Below are positions 9,056 through 18,712 of a DNA stretch of 64,000 nucleotides, one piece after another. Where the stretch lies: the NCBI GenBank assembly GCA_963829055.1, contig CAWHHI010000004.1, positions 96,001-160,000 of the forward strand, read 5' to 3'. Positions within the stretch are counted from its first letter, which is position 1. Every line of letters begins with the position of its first letter. Source of the stretch: an uncultured Gemmatimonadaceae bacterium (GTDB taxonomy: Bacteria; Gemmatimonadota; Gemmatimonadetes; Gemmatimonadales; Gemmatimonadaceae). A model generated the notes under the pieces. The model ran no database searches, was not told the origin of the DNA, and worked only from the letters and a program-made list of their open reading frames with translations. The translations under genes were made by a program, and so were the position numbers.

Positions 9056-10756
9056 GTGCAGACAATATCGCTTCCCGCTTCCCCGGCAGCGCTCGCCGGT
9101 GCCAACTGGGCTGACATCTCGCCGTATTACGAAGAGCTCGCGACCGCACCGCTGTCCCTCGAGAACGTGGAGGAGTGGCTCAAGAGTTGGTCGCAACTCG
9201 AGGAGATCGTCGACGAGGCTGGAACGCTCGCCATGATCGCCTACACGGGCGATACCGCGAACGCCGAGAAGGAGAAGGCGCACCTGCGCTTCTCGATGGA
9301 GATCTTCCCGCAGGCGCACGAGCAGGGCGTGCGTCTGTCGCGTCGACTCATCGACCTCGGCTACACGCGGCCGGGCCTCGAGACCACCGTGGCCAGGTTC
9401 CGCACCGACGCCGAGATCTTCCGCGAGGAGAACGTGCCGTTGTTCTCGGAGCTGGAGGAGCTCAGCGCGCAGTATCAGAAAATCGTCGGCGGGCTGACGG
9501 TGCAGTGGGAAGGCGAGACGAAGACGATTCCACAACTGCAGCCGTTCCTCAAGGAGCGCGACCGTCAGGTGCGCGAGCGCGCGTGGCGACTCGGCAACGA
9601 AGGCTACCTCGCGCACCGCGATGAGTTCGCGGCGCTGTTCGACAAGATGTTCGTGGCACGCACGAAGGTCGCGGGCAACGCCGGCTTCCCGAACTATCAG
9701 GAGTACGCGTTCAAGTCCAAGCATCGGTTCGACTACACGCCTGACGACTGCGCGCGCTTTCACGCCGCGGTCGAGGCCACCGTGGTGCCGGCTGTGGCGC
9801 GTCAGCTCGAGTATCGTCGCGAGCGACTCGGCCTCGACCGCGTTAGGCCCTGGGACCTTGGTGTAGAGCTCGAGCGTGTGGAGTCACTCAAGCCGTTCGA
9901 GGACGTCGGAACGTTCGTCGATCGCGCGAAATCGATCTTTCATCGCCTGGACCCGAAGCTCGGCGAGGAGTTCGATCTCATGGCCGCCGAGGGGCTGCTC
10001 GACCTCGAGAGTCGGCAGGGAAAAGCGCCGGGTGGCTATTGCACGAAGCTCAGCTACCGCGGGAAGCCGTTCATCTTCATGAACGCCGTCGGCGTCGCGG
10101 ACGACGTGAACACGCTCGTGCACGAGGCCGGCCATTCGTTCCACGACTTCGCCGCACACAAGCAGCCGCTCATCTGGCAGCGATCGCCGGGCCATGAAGC
10201 GGCGGAGTTGGCGTCGATGAGTATGGAGCTGCTCGTGTCGCCCTACCTCGCGAAGCCTGACGGCTACTACTCGCCCGACGAGGCGCGGTCGGCGCGTATC
10301 GAGCACCTCGAGGACATCCTGTTCAGCCTTCCGCACATCGCGAGCGTCGACGCGTTCCAGAGCTGGATCTACACGAGCGGCGAGGGACACGACGCCGCGG
10401 CGCGCGACCGCGCGTGGCTCGAGATCCGATCGCGCTTCGAGCAGGGGATCGACTGGACGGGGCTCGACCGCGAACGCGCCGCGCGTTGGTATCGTCAGCT
10501 GCACATCTTCGAGTACCCGTTCTACTACATCGAGTACGGCATCGCGCAGATGGGCGCCTTGCAAGTGTGGCGTCACAGCCTCAGCGACCAGGCGAAAGCC
10601 GTGCGACAGTACCGCGAGGCGCTGGCGTTAGGCGGGACGCAGGGCCTGCCGGAGATCTATCGTGCGGCGGGCGCTCGCCTGGTGTTCGATGAGAAGACGA
10701 TGGGTGAGCTCGTGAAGCTCGTGGAGGATCGACTGATGGAGATGCGGGCGGGATGA
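9056..10756 (+). CDS. M3 family oligoendopeptidase F
   Basis: GKAPGGYC, TLVHEAGH (HExxH), AELASM and PFYYIEY; start taken at GTG 9056, after the repeat. Confidence 0.92.
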   Translation: MQTISLPASPAALAGANWADISPYYEELATAPLSLENVEEWLKSWSQLEEIVDEAGTLAMIAYTGDTANAEKEKAHLRFSMEIFPQAHEQGVRLSRRLIDLGYTRPGLETTVARFRTDAEIFREENVPLFSELEELSAQYQKIVGGLTVQWEGETKTIPQLQPFLKERDRQVRERAWRLGNEGYLAHRDEFAALFDKMFVARTKVAGNAGFPNYQEYAFKSKHRFDYTPDDCARFHAAVEATVVPAVARQLEYRRERLGLDRVRPWDLGVELERVESLKPFEDVGTFVDRAKSIFHRLDPKLGEEFDLMAAEGLLDLESRQGKAPGGYCTKLSYRGKPFIFMNAVGVADDVNTLVHEAGHSFHDFAAHKQPLIWQRSPGHEAAELASMSMELLVSPYLAKPDGYYSPDEARSARIEHLEDILFSLPHIASVDAFQSWIYTSGEGHDAAARDRAWLEIRSRFEQGIDWTGLDRERAARWYRQLHIFEYPFYYIEYGIAQMGALQVWRHSLSDQAKAVRQYREALALGGTQGLPEIYRAAGARLVFDEKTMGELVKLVEDRLMEMRAG

Positions 10757-11529
10757 TGGCAGCGCGGGCGTTGGCGTTGGCGGGGACGCTGTCGCTCGCG
10801 CTCGCGGCCGAGGCGCGTGCACAGGCTGGTTCGGTCGCGTTGCTCGTGATCGATGACGCGACCGACGCGGCCGTTCCGGACGTGCGTGTCTCGGTGCTGG
10901 GACAGCTCGGAGAGGGCGTGACTGATGCGAGGGGCCGTTTCCTGTACGTGTCGCCTCACAGCGGCCGGGTCGCGTTCGTGCTGCGTCGCCTCGGTTATCT
11001 ACCGGGGACGCTCATGGTGGATGTCGGTGCCCCGGATACAGCGCGTGTCACGTTCGCGCTGACCCCCGCGACGCAGCGGCTCGCCACCGTGACCATTCGA
11101 GACACGATAGCTAGCACGTCGCCCTTCCTGAGAGGCTTCGAGCATCGCGTGCGAGCTCATGCCGGGAGCGCCACGTACATCACGCGATCCGACATTGAGC
11201 GTCTGCATCCACTTCAGGTAACCGACCTGCTCCGCCGAGTATCGAGTGTGACGGTAACTGGAGGTACGGTCGTGGCGCGCCGGATCCAACGGCCGGTCAT
11301 CAAGGGGAGTGGGACCTCCATGTTCCTCGACCTCGCAAACTGTCCACTCCGAGTGGCCGTGGATGGCGAGTTGAAGGAGCCCGGGTACTCGCTGAACATG
11401 GTGGCACCCGAAGAGATTCACGGCATCGAGGTCTACCCCGGGCCCTCGACGGTTCCGGCAGAGTACGCGACCACGGGTCCAAACGGCGCCTGTGGCGTGA
11501 TCGTCATCTGGACGCGTCGCGACAAATGA
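10753..11529 (+). CDS. Secreted carboxypeptidase-regulatory-like + TonB plug domain protein
   Basis: Signal peptide, TDARGRF, RRLGY, YITRSDI and plug motif IHGIEVYPG...CGVIVIWTR; no beta-barrel. Confidence 0.8.
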   Translation: MMAARALALAGTLSLALAAEARAQAGSVALLVIDDATDAAVPDVRVSVLGQLGEGVTDARGRFLYVSPHSGRVAFVLRRLGYLPGTLMVDVGAPDTARVTFALTPATQRLATVTIRDTIASTSPFLRGFEHRVRAHAGSATYITRSDIERLHPLQVTDLLRRVSSVTVTGGTVVARRIQRPVIKGSGTSMFLDLANCPLRVAVDGELKEPGYSLNMVAPEEIHGIEVYPGPSTVPAEYATTGPNGACGVIVIWTRRDK

Positions 11530-11601
11530 CGACGTGCTGTACGTTAGGCGCTGCGCGAATTCGCTTTTTCGACCCACCCCTCACGTGATGACGTTCACGC
11601 G

Positions 11602-12198
11602 ATGATCCTTCGAGCTTTCAAGAAGTCCGGCGGCAGCGGCCCAACCGCGAACGTGGCGACGCCAGCTGCGTTCGGAGACCGGCCCGCCGATCGTGAGCGC
11701 CTCGATTGGGCGCTCTTTCAGAACGGCGGCGTCGTGCTCTATCACAAGCCGCAGGTGCTGGCCGAGCACTCGGCAGGGCTCGTACGCGAGGGTTATCAAC
11801 TGCGAGAGCTCGATGCCAACGGGTGGAAGGACGCGCGTGCATTTCACGAGGACGTGAAGCGCGTGTTCGCGTTCCCGAGCCACTACACGAACAACCTGGC
11901 GTCGCTCGTGGACGCACTGGCCGAGCTGGAGATCCCTCCGGGTGGCGCCATGGCGGTGCAGATGCGCCGCTACGATCGGTTCGTCAAAGCGGAGTCGCAC
12001 CTCGCGTGGTCGGTGCTCGACGCACTCGAGACGACGTCGCGGCGGCTCTTGCTCACCGGGCGGCGTCTCCTCACACTCGTGCAGTCGGACGACCCGCGCA
12101 TCAAGTTCGAGCGCGTCGGCGCAATGCCGGTGAACTGGAACCCCCGCGAATGGCTCGAATCGGATCGTGGCATTGGAGGTGGACCACCGCAGCTCTGA
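11602..12198 (+). CDS. Barstar-like family protein
   Basis: LDANGW...FHEDVKRVFAFPSHYTNNLASLVDAL resembles the barstar FPxYxxxNLDAL motif. Confidence 0.65.
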   Translation: MILRAFKKSGGSGPTANVATPAAFGDRPADRERLDWALFQNGGVVLYHKPQVLAEHSAGLVREGYQLRELDANGWKDARAFHEDVKRVFAFPSHYTNNLASLVDALAELEIPPGGAMAVQMRRYDRFVKAESHLAWSVLDALETTSRRLLLTGRRLLTLVQSDDPRIKFERVGAMPVNWNPREWLESDRGIGGGPPQL

Positions 12199-12222
12199 TG
12201 CGGCCAGCGTCTGGCCGCCGTC

Positions 12223-12966
12223 GTGCTGGGATTGTCGCTCGCCATGCCACTTGGCGCGCAGTCGGGCGTCATCGCGCTGCTGGTCATCGATGACGCCAGC
12301 GACGTCGGTCTGCCGGATGTCCAGGTTTCGATTGCCGGCCACGCAGGCGAGGGAGTCACGGACGCCCGTGGTCGCTTCGTGTATGCTGTGCCGAAGGCCG
12401 GAAGGGTCGTTCTGCTCATGCGGCGACTGGGCTACAGCCCGGGTACGCTCACGGTCGACGTTGCACCGGGCGACACCGCGCGTGTGACGTTCGCGATGAG
12501 CGTCGTGGCACAGACGCTCGGTACTGTCGATGTCCGCGATACGCTCACGAGCAATTCTCCGTTCCTGCGTGATTTCGAGCGGCGCGTCGCCAACCACGCC
12601 GGGAGCGCCACGTACATCACGCGGACCGAGATCGACAAGCGACGCCCGCCGCAGACGACCGACTTGCTCCGCCGGGTCAACTCGATCGTGATCGCCGACA
12701 GCCTCGGCATATTGATGGCCATCTCCCGGCGGACTCCGAAGCCGGATCTTCGAGGCGGCAAGGCCAGCCTCGCGAACTGTCCTCTCCAGGTCGCGGTCGA
12801 TGGCCAGATCAAGGAGTGGGGTTATGCCGTGAACAGCATTCCGCCAAGCGAGATCCACGGCATTGAGGTTTACCCGGGCCCGTCGACCATCCCCGCCGAG
12901 TATGCGAGCATGCGGCGCGACGCCGCGTGCGGGCTCATCGTCATTTGGACTCGGCGCGACAAGTAA
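12223..12966 (+). CDS. Paralog of 10753-11529 (plug-domain protein)
   Basis: Shares GEGVTDARGRF, HAGSATYITR, LANCPL and IVIWTRRDK; the true start is probably ATG 12198 with an indel. Confidence 0.8.
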   Translation: MLGLSLAMPLGAQSGVIALLVIDDASDVGLPDVQVSIAGHAGEGVTDARGRFVYAVPKAGRVVLLMRRLGYSPGTLTVDVAPGDTARVTFAMSVVAQTLGTVDVRDTLTSNSPFLRDFERRVANHAGSATYITRTEIDKRRPPQTTDLLRRVNSIVIADSLGILMAISRRTPKPDLRGGKASLANCPLQVAVDGQIKEWGYAVNSIPPSEIHGIEVYPGPSTIPAEYASMRRDAACGLIVIWTRRDK

Positions 12967-12994
12967 CGGTCAGCTTCTGACCGCGACCGTGCGC

Positions 12995-13718
12995 CTAACG
13001 TGTCGCGGCGACTGCCCGATGACGTGGAAGCCGCTTGTCCAGCCAGTGTATCGTCGTGGACGCCGTGGCGATCCCGATCACGGCCGATGCCGTCACGTCG
13101 CTCGCCCAGTGCTGATCGTCATAGATGCGCGACCACGCGACGACACTCGCGCCGGTGTAGCCGAGCGCGCCGAGCCCACGTACTCCTCGAGAGGATGGTC
13201 GCGCCAGCCGCGAGCGAGAATGCGTGCACCGCGTGGGATGACGGAAAGGAGTGTGACGACCCATCCGTCGAGAACGGGTCGAAGCGCCACGCGTTGTTGG
13301 TGCTGTCAGGGCGATGCCTGCCCACAACAGGCTTCAGCACGCTGACGATCGCGTTCGACGCCGCATAGCCGGCCGCAACGCGCAGTGTACCATCCGCGAG
13401 CGACCTGTGATGCAGCAGTCGCGCACCGACGTAGGTGATGGCGAGGCCTGCGATGAGATTGCGTCCAGTCCCGAGCCAGTTGCCCGCATCCGCTATGGAT
13501 GTCAACACGCCGGACTGGTGGGCCAGGGTCGCGGTACGAATGTGCTCATCCATGAGGGCGGCGCCCAGCAGCGCGACGCCAGCAGTGGTCCAGAATGTCG
13601 CGCTTGTGGGGCGCACCTCGAACTGTCCGCGAGCTTCGGCAGGGGAGTAGACACTGCACAGCGCGGCGAATAAGATGGAACCCAAACTGTTCCGTCCGTA
13701 TGTGCGTATGAGTGACAT
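12995..13718 (-). CDS. PAP2 family phosphatase (frameshift near 13170)
   Basis: KPVVGRHRP and SFPSSH in one frame; SRIYDDQHWASDV in the next. Confidence 0.85.
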
Positions 13719-14232
13719 ATCGCGACGTGTCGAAGCGTGCTGGCTGGTCGCCAGCGGCATTGCCTCGAGCACACGACGGACCACGCGCTATCGGCCGAGC
13801 CTGCCATGCACGAAGTAAAATTGCCCGTGCACGGTCCTTGCGCAGGAACGTATGTTGAGCGAACGCATGCACGTCAGCATGCTTGGGTCGGCGGCGTGGT
13901 GATTCCGCGGACGAGACGAATCTGTCGTTCTGCGAGGGTGTGACAGTCCGTTGTCCTGGTGTCGTCCTGGCGAGGTCAACTTCCGAAGCCTTCGCGTGGT
14001 TGCGCCCTGCCACGTTGCTCGTCGATTCGCATGTACCCAGTGCGACAAGTCGTTGCTGTCCCAAGTGTCGCCCGCACGAACACGATGAGGCGCTCGCCAC
14101 CACGCAGGCCCTGCAGGCGGCGGGGACTCGTGCGACGTGACCTGCTTTTGTTCGACGACGACCGCGCCCTACCAGCCGACTTCCCGTAGCACGCCCCGTA
14201 GCACGTCGTCTCCAGCCCCAGTCAGGAGCCGG

Positions 14233-14475
14233 ATGCCGCACGCGGAAATTGTTCGACAGCTCGTCGCCGAGCTGGAGCGCGTTGGTGTTGACCCCGATCA
14301 CATGGTAGCCGGCTTGACCAGCCGAGCCGAGGATGCGCTGCGTGCGCTGCGAGCCCTTCCGGACGGAGCGGGACCAGCAGCATTTCTCGCAGAGTTGCGC
14401 AACCAGTCGACGCCGGTGGGGTTGCCCCATGCGGCGAATGACCCACCGTCCGGCGTCGGTCCGCCGGTAAAATGA
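14233..14475 (+). CDS. Small hypothetical protein
   Basis: AGGAG RBS before ATG 14233; amphipathic 80 aa; abuts the next gene. Confidence 0.55.
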   Translation: MPHAEIVRQLVAELERVGVDPDHMVAGLTSRAEDALRALRALPDGAGPAAFLAELRNQSTPVGLPHAANDPPSGVGPPVK

Positions 14476-14489
14476 ACTAACCGCCTGCC

Positions 14490-14984
14490 ATGAGCCGCTC
14501 TTCTCGCTCCACGCGCGTCGTCATTGGTGCGGTTGTGCTCGCGGCCGCCGACGCGTCGGCGCAGCAGCAAGGCCAACAAGCCAAGATGACCCCATCCGCA
14601 GTGGTGACCGTCGTGAGCGCGGCTGCGTTCGACTCCACTCTCGCCCGCCTCGAGCGCGCCGTGGTTGCCAAGGGCCTCACCGTAGCCGCGAAGATCGATC
14701 ACGCCGCCGCTGCACAGCGGGCGAACCTGACGCTTCGCCCCACTACGTTGGTCATTGCCGGCAATCCGGCGGCGGGAACGCCGCTCATGCAGGCCGATCA
14801 GACGATGGGCGTCGAGCTGCCGCTCCGCTTTCTCGTCTGGCAGGGCGAGGATGGGAAAGCGCGCGTGTCGTACGACCCGATCAAGTCAATCGCGGCGCGA
14901 CACTCGGTAGGTGGACGAGACGAGCTGCTCGCACGAATGACGACAGCTATCGAGGGAATCGTCAAAACGGCGACGGATCGGTAA
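14490..14984 (+). CDS. DUF302 domain exported protein
   Basis: Signal peptide, IDHAAAA, GNPAAGTPLMQ and ELPLRFLVW. Confidence 0.88.
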   Translation: MSRSSRSTRVVIGAVVLAAADASAQQQGQQAKMTPSAVVTVVSAAAFDSTLARLERAVVAKGLTVAAKIDHAAAAQRANLTLRPTTLVIAGNPAAGTPLMQADQTMGVELPLRFLVWQGEDGKARVSYDPIKSIAARHSVGGRDELLARMTTAIEGIVKTATDR

Positions 14985-14987
14985 TCA

Positions 14988-15021
14988 CCGCCCTCCGCCT
15001 TCCGCCTCTCCGCCTTCCGCC
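14988..15021. repeat. Short (CCGCCTT/CCGCCCT)n heptamer array between convergent genes
   Basis: ccgccctccgccttccgcctctccgccttccgcc. Confidence 0.6.
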
Positions 15022-15030
15022 TACGAGAGA

Positions 15031-15915
15031 TCACTCCACCTCGTCGATCGATCTCGGCCAATCCTGCTTGAGGAGTCGCGACATCGCGCGATCGGCTAAC
15101 AGCCGGCCGTTCGTCTGACAGCGCGCGCAGTAGTTCGTCTCGTTGTCCGCGTAGCGGATCCGCTGCACGGGTGTCCCGCACACCGGGCAGGGAAGCTTGT
15201 AACGCCCGTGCACCGCCATGCCCTCGCGGAACGCGGTCACCTTCTCGGGAAATCCGTCGCCCACCTCGGCGCGCAGGCGATCCGTCCAGTCGATGAGCGT
15301 CGCTTTCGTCGCGTCGAACAGTTCCACGATCTGCTCGTCCGTCAGCTTCGACGTGAGCGTGAGCGGTGACATTTTCGCGCGATGGAGGATCTCGTCCGAG
15401 TACGAGTTGCCGATGCCGCTGAACAGGCGCGGATCGGTGAGCGAACGCTTGAGCGTGTGGTTCTCGCTCCGGAGTCGGGCCGCGAAGTCGCCGACGTCGG
15501 CGTCGAGGACCTCCAGCCCGCCACGATCGAACTGCGCGAGTGCGTCGGCACCCTGTACGACGTGGATGGACGCGCGCCGCTTCGACCCGGCCTCCGTCAG
15601 ATAGAGCGTTCCGCGCTCGAAGTCGAACGCGGCCTGCGCCAGCTTCCCGCCGATCGTCTTGCCGCCTTCACGCCATCGCAGCCGACCGGCGATCATGAGG
15701 TGAATGACGATGTACAGTCCGTCCTCGGCGCCGATCACAATGCGTTTTCCGAGTCGGCTGATGGATCGTACGCGGCGTCCGGCGGCTCCGGAGAGCGGCG
15801 GCGTCACAGTGCGCAGCACGAACGGATTCAGCACGCGCGCCGCGATGATCTCCCGTCCGAGAATCCGTGGGCGAAGCGTGTCGATGTAGACGGTGACGTC
15901 GGGTAGCTCGGGCAC
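15031..15915 (-). CDS. Fpg/Nei family DNA glycosylase/AP lyase
   Basis: N-terminal PELPDV, RLGK, HLMIAG, H2TH SGIGNSYSDE and zinc finger CPVC...CARCQ. Confidence 0.92.
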   Translation of the reverse strand: MPELPDVTVYIDTLRPRILGREIIAARVLNPFVLRTVTPPLSGAAGRRVRSISRLGKRIVIGAEDGLYIVIHLMIAGRLRWREGGKTIGGKLAQAAFDFERGTLYLTEAGSKRRASIHVVQGADALAQFDRGGLEVLDADVGDFAARLRSENHTLKRSLTDPRLFSGIGNSYSDEILHRAKMSPLTLTSKLTDEQIVELFDATKATLIDWTDRLRAEVGDGFPEKVTAFREGMAVHGRYKLPCPVCGTPVQRIRYADNETNYCARCQTNGRLLADRAMSRLLKQDWPRSIDEVE

Positions 15916-16098
15916 CGTCAGCGATCGGTTGATGATGGTGCCTGACTACGATCAGAGGCTGTCCATCTGGCCTGTGAAGAACCAGGTGGTGTAATTTCGC
16001 GCGCCCGCGAGGCACGCGGTCGCCAGGGATGGCTTCTGCTCGTCTCTCGATACGCTCTTCGACCACATTGTCATAGGTGCGCCGAACATGAAAGTGGG

Positions 16099-16569
16099 AT
16101 GGTAGCCCCGCCGCCGAAGCAGTTCGACCCGCGTGATCCGTCGTACGAGAGTCGGGTGCGCGCCAGCTTCGCGCGGCAGCGCGCAATGCACACGATAGGC
16201 GCTCGGCTCGTCCGCGTCGAGCCGGGCGAGGTGGAGCTCGAGCTTCCGTTTCGTGAGGACCTCACACAGCAGCACGGGTTCCTCCACGCGGGCATCGTGA
16301 CCACGCTCGTGGACAGCGCTTGCGGCTACGCGGCGCTCTCGCTCATGGATCGGGAGTCGGCGGTGCTGAGCGTGGAGTACAAGGTGAACCTGCTCGCGCC
16401 GGCGGTCGGCGAGCGGATGCGGGCCGTGGGGCGCGTGATCAAGCCGGGCCGCACGCTGCTGGTCTGCAGCGGTGAGGTGATCGCGGTCGCTGAGGGCAAG
16501 GAATCGGTGGTGACGCTCATGCAAGCGACGATGATGGCCGTGCGCGGCCGGCCAGAGTTGGTTGATTGA
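16099..16569 (+). CDS. PaaI family thioesterase
   Basis: QQHGFLHAGIVTTLVDSACG and SVEYKVNLLAPA. Confidence 0.92.
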   Translation: MVAPPPKQFDPRDPSYESRVRASFARQRAMHTIGARLVRVEPGEVELELPFREDLTQQHGFLHAGIVTTLVDSACGYAALSLMDRESAVLSVEYKVNLLAPAVGERMRAVGRVIKPGRTLLVCSGEVIAVAEGKESVVTLMQATMMAVRGRPELVD

Positions 16570-16633
16570 GCTCCGGTGCCGCGTGCAGCGCAAAGGCTTT
16601 CACCTGCCGCCCTCTGTGGAGTACGATTAGCCC

Positions 16634-16861
16634 ATGGCGCATCGAACGTTCAGGGACGCCGACGGCCGCGAGTGGGAAGCGTGGGACGTCGTACCCAGTA
16701 AGTGGGTTGGCCCGACACTCGACGGCGGGTGGCTCGCGTTTCAGTGCGGAGCCGAGCGTCGCAGGTTGAATCCACTTCCACTGTACTGGGCCAGTGCGCC
16801 GGAGGCCGAATTGCGCGAGCTGCTGGCCCGCGCCAAGCCTGTATCGACACGCCTCGATTGA
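16634..16861 (+). CDS. Small hypothetical protein
   Basis: 75 aa with FRDADGREWEAWDV and GWLAF...ERRRL.PLP..W; same strand as, and 6 bp upstream of, the ClC gene. Confidence 0.7.
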   Translation: MAHRTFRDADGREWEAWDVVPSKWVGPTLDGGWLAFQCGAERRRLNPLPLYWASAPEAELRELLARAKPVSTRLD

Positions 16862-16867
16862 CCAGTA

Positions 16868-18712
16868 ATGGCTGACGCCGTCCCCGTTGCACCTTCGCTC
16901 GAGCCCGTGCTGGAGGCCGTTCGGGCGCCTCGCGTCGACGACGCTCCCAATCGCCGCACCCTTCGCATCAGCGCGCTGGCCATCGTGGCCGCGTTCCTCG
17001 CCGGCTTCGCGGCGCAACTGCTCACTCGACTCATCGGCCTCATCACGAACGTCGCGTTCTATGGGCGCTGGTCGCCGTCGTTCGTGTCGCCGGCGGGGAA
17101 TACGTTAGGCCGCGGCGTGATCATTGTCCCGATCATCGGTGCGCTCCTGGTCGGACTGATCGCCCGGTACGGTTCCGCGGCAATCCGCGGCCACGGCATT
17201 CCCGAGGCGATGGAGCAGGTGCTGCTCAACGAGAGCCGCATTTCGCCAACGGTAATGCTGCTCAAGCCGCTGTCGGCGGCGATCTCGATTGGCACCGGCG
17301 GTCCGTTCGGCGCCGAGGGCCCGATCATCGCCACCGGCGGCGCGTTAGGCTCCGTGATCGGACAGCTCTTCCACATCACGGCCGACGAGCGCAAGGTACT
17401 GCTGGCGGCCGGTGCTGCCGCCGGCATGGCGGCTACGTTCGGCAGTCCCGTCGCCGCCGTGCTGCTGGCCGTCGAGCTGCTCCTCTTCGAGTACCGTCCA
17501 CGCTCACTCATTCCGGTGTCGCTCGCCGCGGCGACCGCGACGGGCGTGCGCATCGCGTTCGTCGGCGCGGCGCCGGTGTTCCCGATGCCCAACATTGCGC
17601 CGCCGAGTGGCGAAGCGCTGGCTACGTACATCGTCCTGGGCGCGGCCGTCGGTGTCATCGCCATTCTCGTCACGCGCGGGCTGTACGCGGTCGAGGACGC
17701 GTTCGAGCATCTCCCCATCCACTGGATGTGGTGGCCTGCGTTGGGCGCCGTCGTCGTTGGCGTGGTCGGCTATTTCGCGCCGCGGACGCTCGGCGTCGGC
17801 TACGAGAACATTGAGCAGATGGTCACGGGGTCGATCGCGGGACGCGCACTCGCCGTGCTCGTGACGCTCAAGCTGGTGTCGTGGATCGTCGCGTTAGGAA
17901 GCGGGACATCGGGTGGGACACTGGCGCCGCTGTTCACGATCGGTGGTGGGGCGGGCGCGCTTGCGGGCGGCTTCCTCGCGCAGACATTTCCCTCGCTCGG
18001 CGTCGACCCGCGCATTGCGGCGCTCGTGGGGATGGCAGCAATCTTCGCCGGGGCATCACACGCGGTCCTCGCGTCGGTCGTCTTCGCCTTCGAGACGACG
18101 CGGCAGCCGCTCGGGCTCCTGCCGCTGCTCGCCGGTTGCAGCGCTGCGTATCTGGTCTCACTCCTCGGGATGCGGCACTCGATCATGACGGAGAAGCTCG
18201 CACGACGGGGGACCCGGATTCGCTCGGAGTACGCGGCCGACTTTCTCGAGCAGGTACTCGTGAGCGAGATCGCGTCCACGGACGTCGTCTCACTTTCGGC
18301 CAATGAAGCCGTCGAGGAAGTCCGTGATCGCATCGCGGCACGCACGCCGGGCTCGCAGCATCAGGGGTTCCCCGTCGTGAACGGCCGTGGTGAGCTTGTC
18401 GGAGTCGTGACGCGCCGCGATCTGCTGGATCTCGATACGGAAGTGACAACGACGGTGGGCGAGCTCGTATCACGAGCGCCCGTGGTGATCTACGATGACA
18501 GCTCGGCTCGCGAGGCCGCGGATCACATGGTACACGAACACGTCGGTCGCCTCCCGGTTGTGTCGAGGTCAGCGCCACGGCGCGTCATCGGGATGATATC
18601 GCGAAGCGATCTGCTGGAAGCACACGAACGGCGCCTTCACGCGCATCACCGTGTCGAGCGCACCATTGATTTGCGGACATCACTCGGCTGGGCGCGCCCG
18701 ACCGAGCGTTGA
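16868..18712 (+). CDS. ClC chloride channel/antiporter with CBS pair
   Basis: GHGIPE, GAEGPI and GTSGGTLAP, many TM helices, two C-terminal CBS domains. Confidence 0.93.
   Translation: MADAVPVAPSLEPVLEAVRAPRVDDAPNRRTLRISALAIVAAFLAGFAAQLLTRLIGLITNVAFYGRWSPSFVSPAGNTLGRGVIIVPIIGALLVGLIARYGSAAIRGHGIPEAMEQVLLNESRISPTVMLLKPLSAAISIGTGGPFGAEGPIIATGGALGSVIGQLFHITADERKVLLAAGAAAGMAATFGSPVAAVLLAVELLLFEYRPRSLIPVSLAAATATGVRIAFVGAAPVFPMPNIAPPSGEALATYIVLGAAVGVIAILVTRGLYAVEDAFEHLPIHWMWWPALGAVVVGVVGYFAPRTLGVGYENIEQMVTGSIAGRALAVLVTLKLVSWIVALGSGTSGGTLAPLFTIGGGAGALAGGFLAQTFPSLGVDPRIAALVGMAAIFAGASHAVLASVVFAFETTRQPLGLLPLLAGCSAAYLVSLLGMRHSIMTEKLARRGTRIRSEYAADFLEQVLVSEIASTDVVSLSANEAVEEVRDRIAARTPGSQHQGFPVVNGRGELVGVVTRRDLLDLDTEVTTTVGELVSRAPVVIYDDSSAREAADHMVHEHVGRLPVVSRSAPRRVIGMISRSDLLEAHERRLHAHHRVERTIDLRTSLGWARPTER

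Noticed and set aside
15952..16089. Short minus-strand ORF upstream of the glycosylase
   Set aside because: It has no recognisable motif and is probably divergent promoter sequence.
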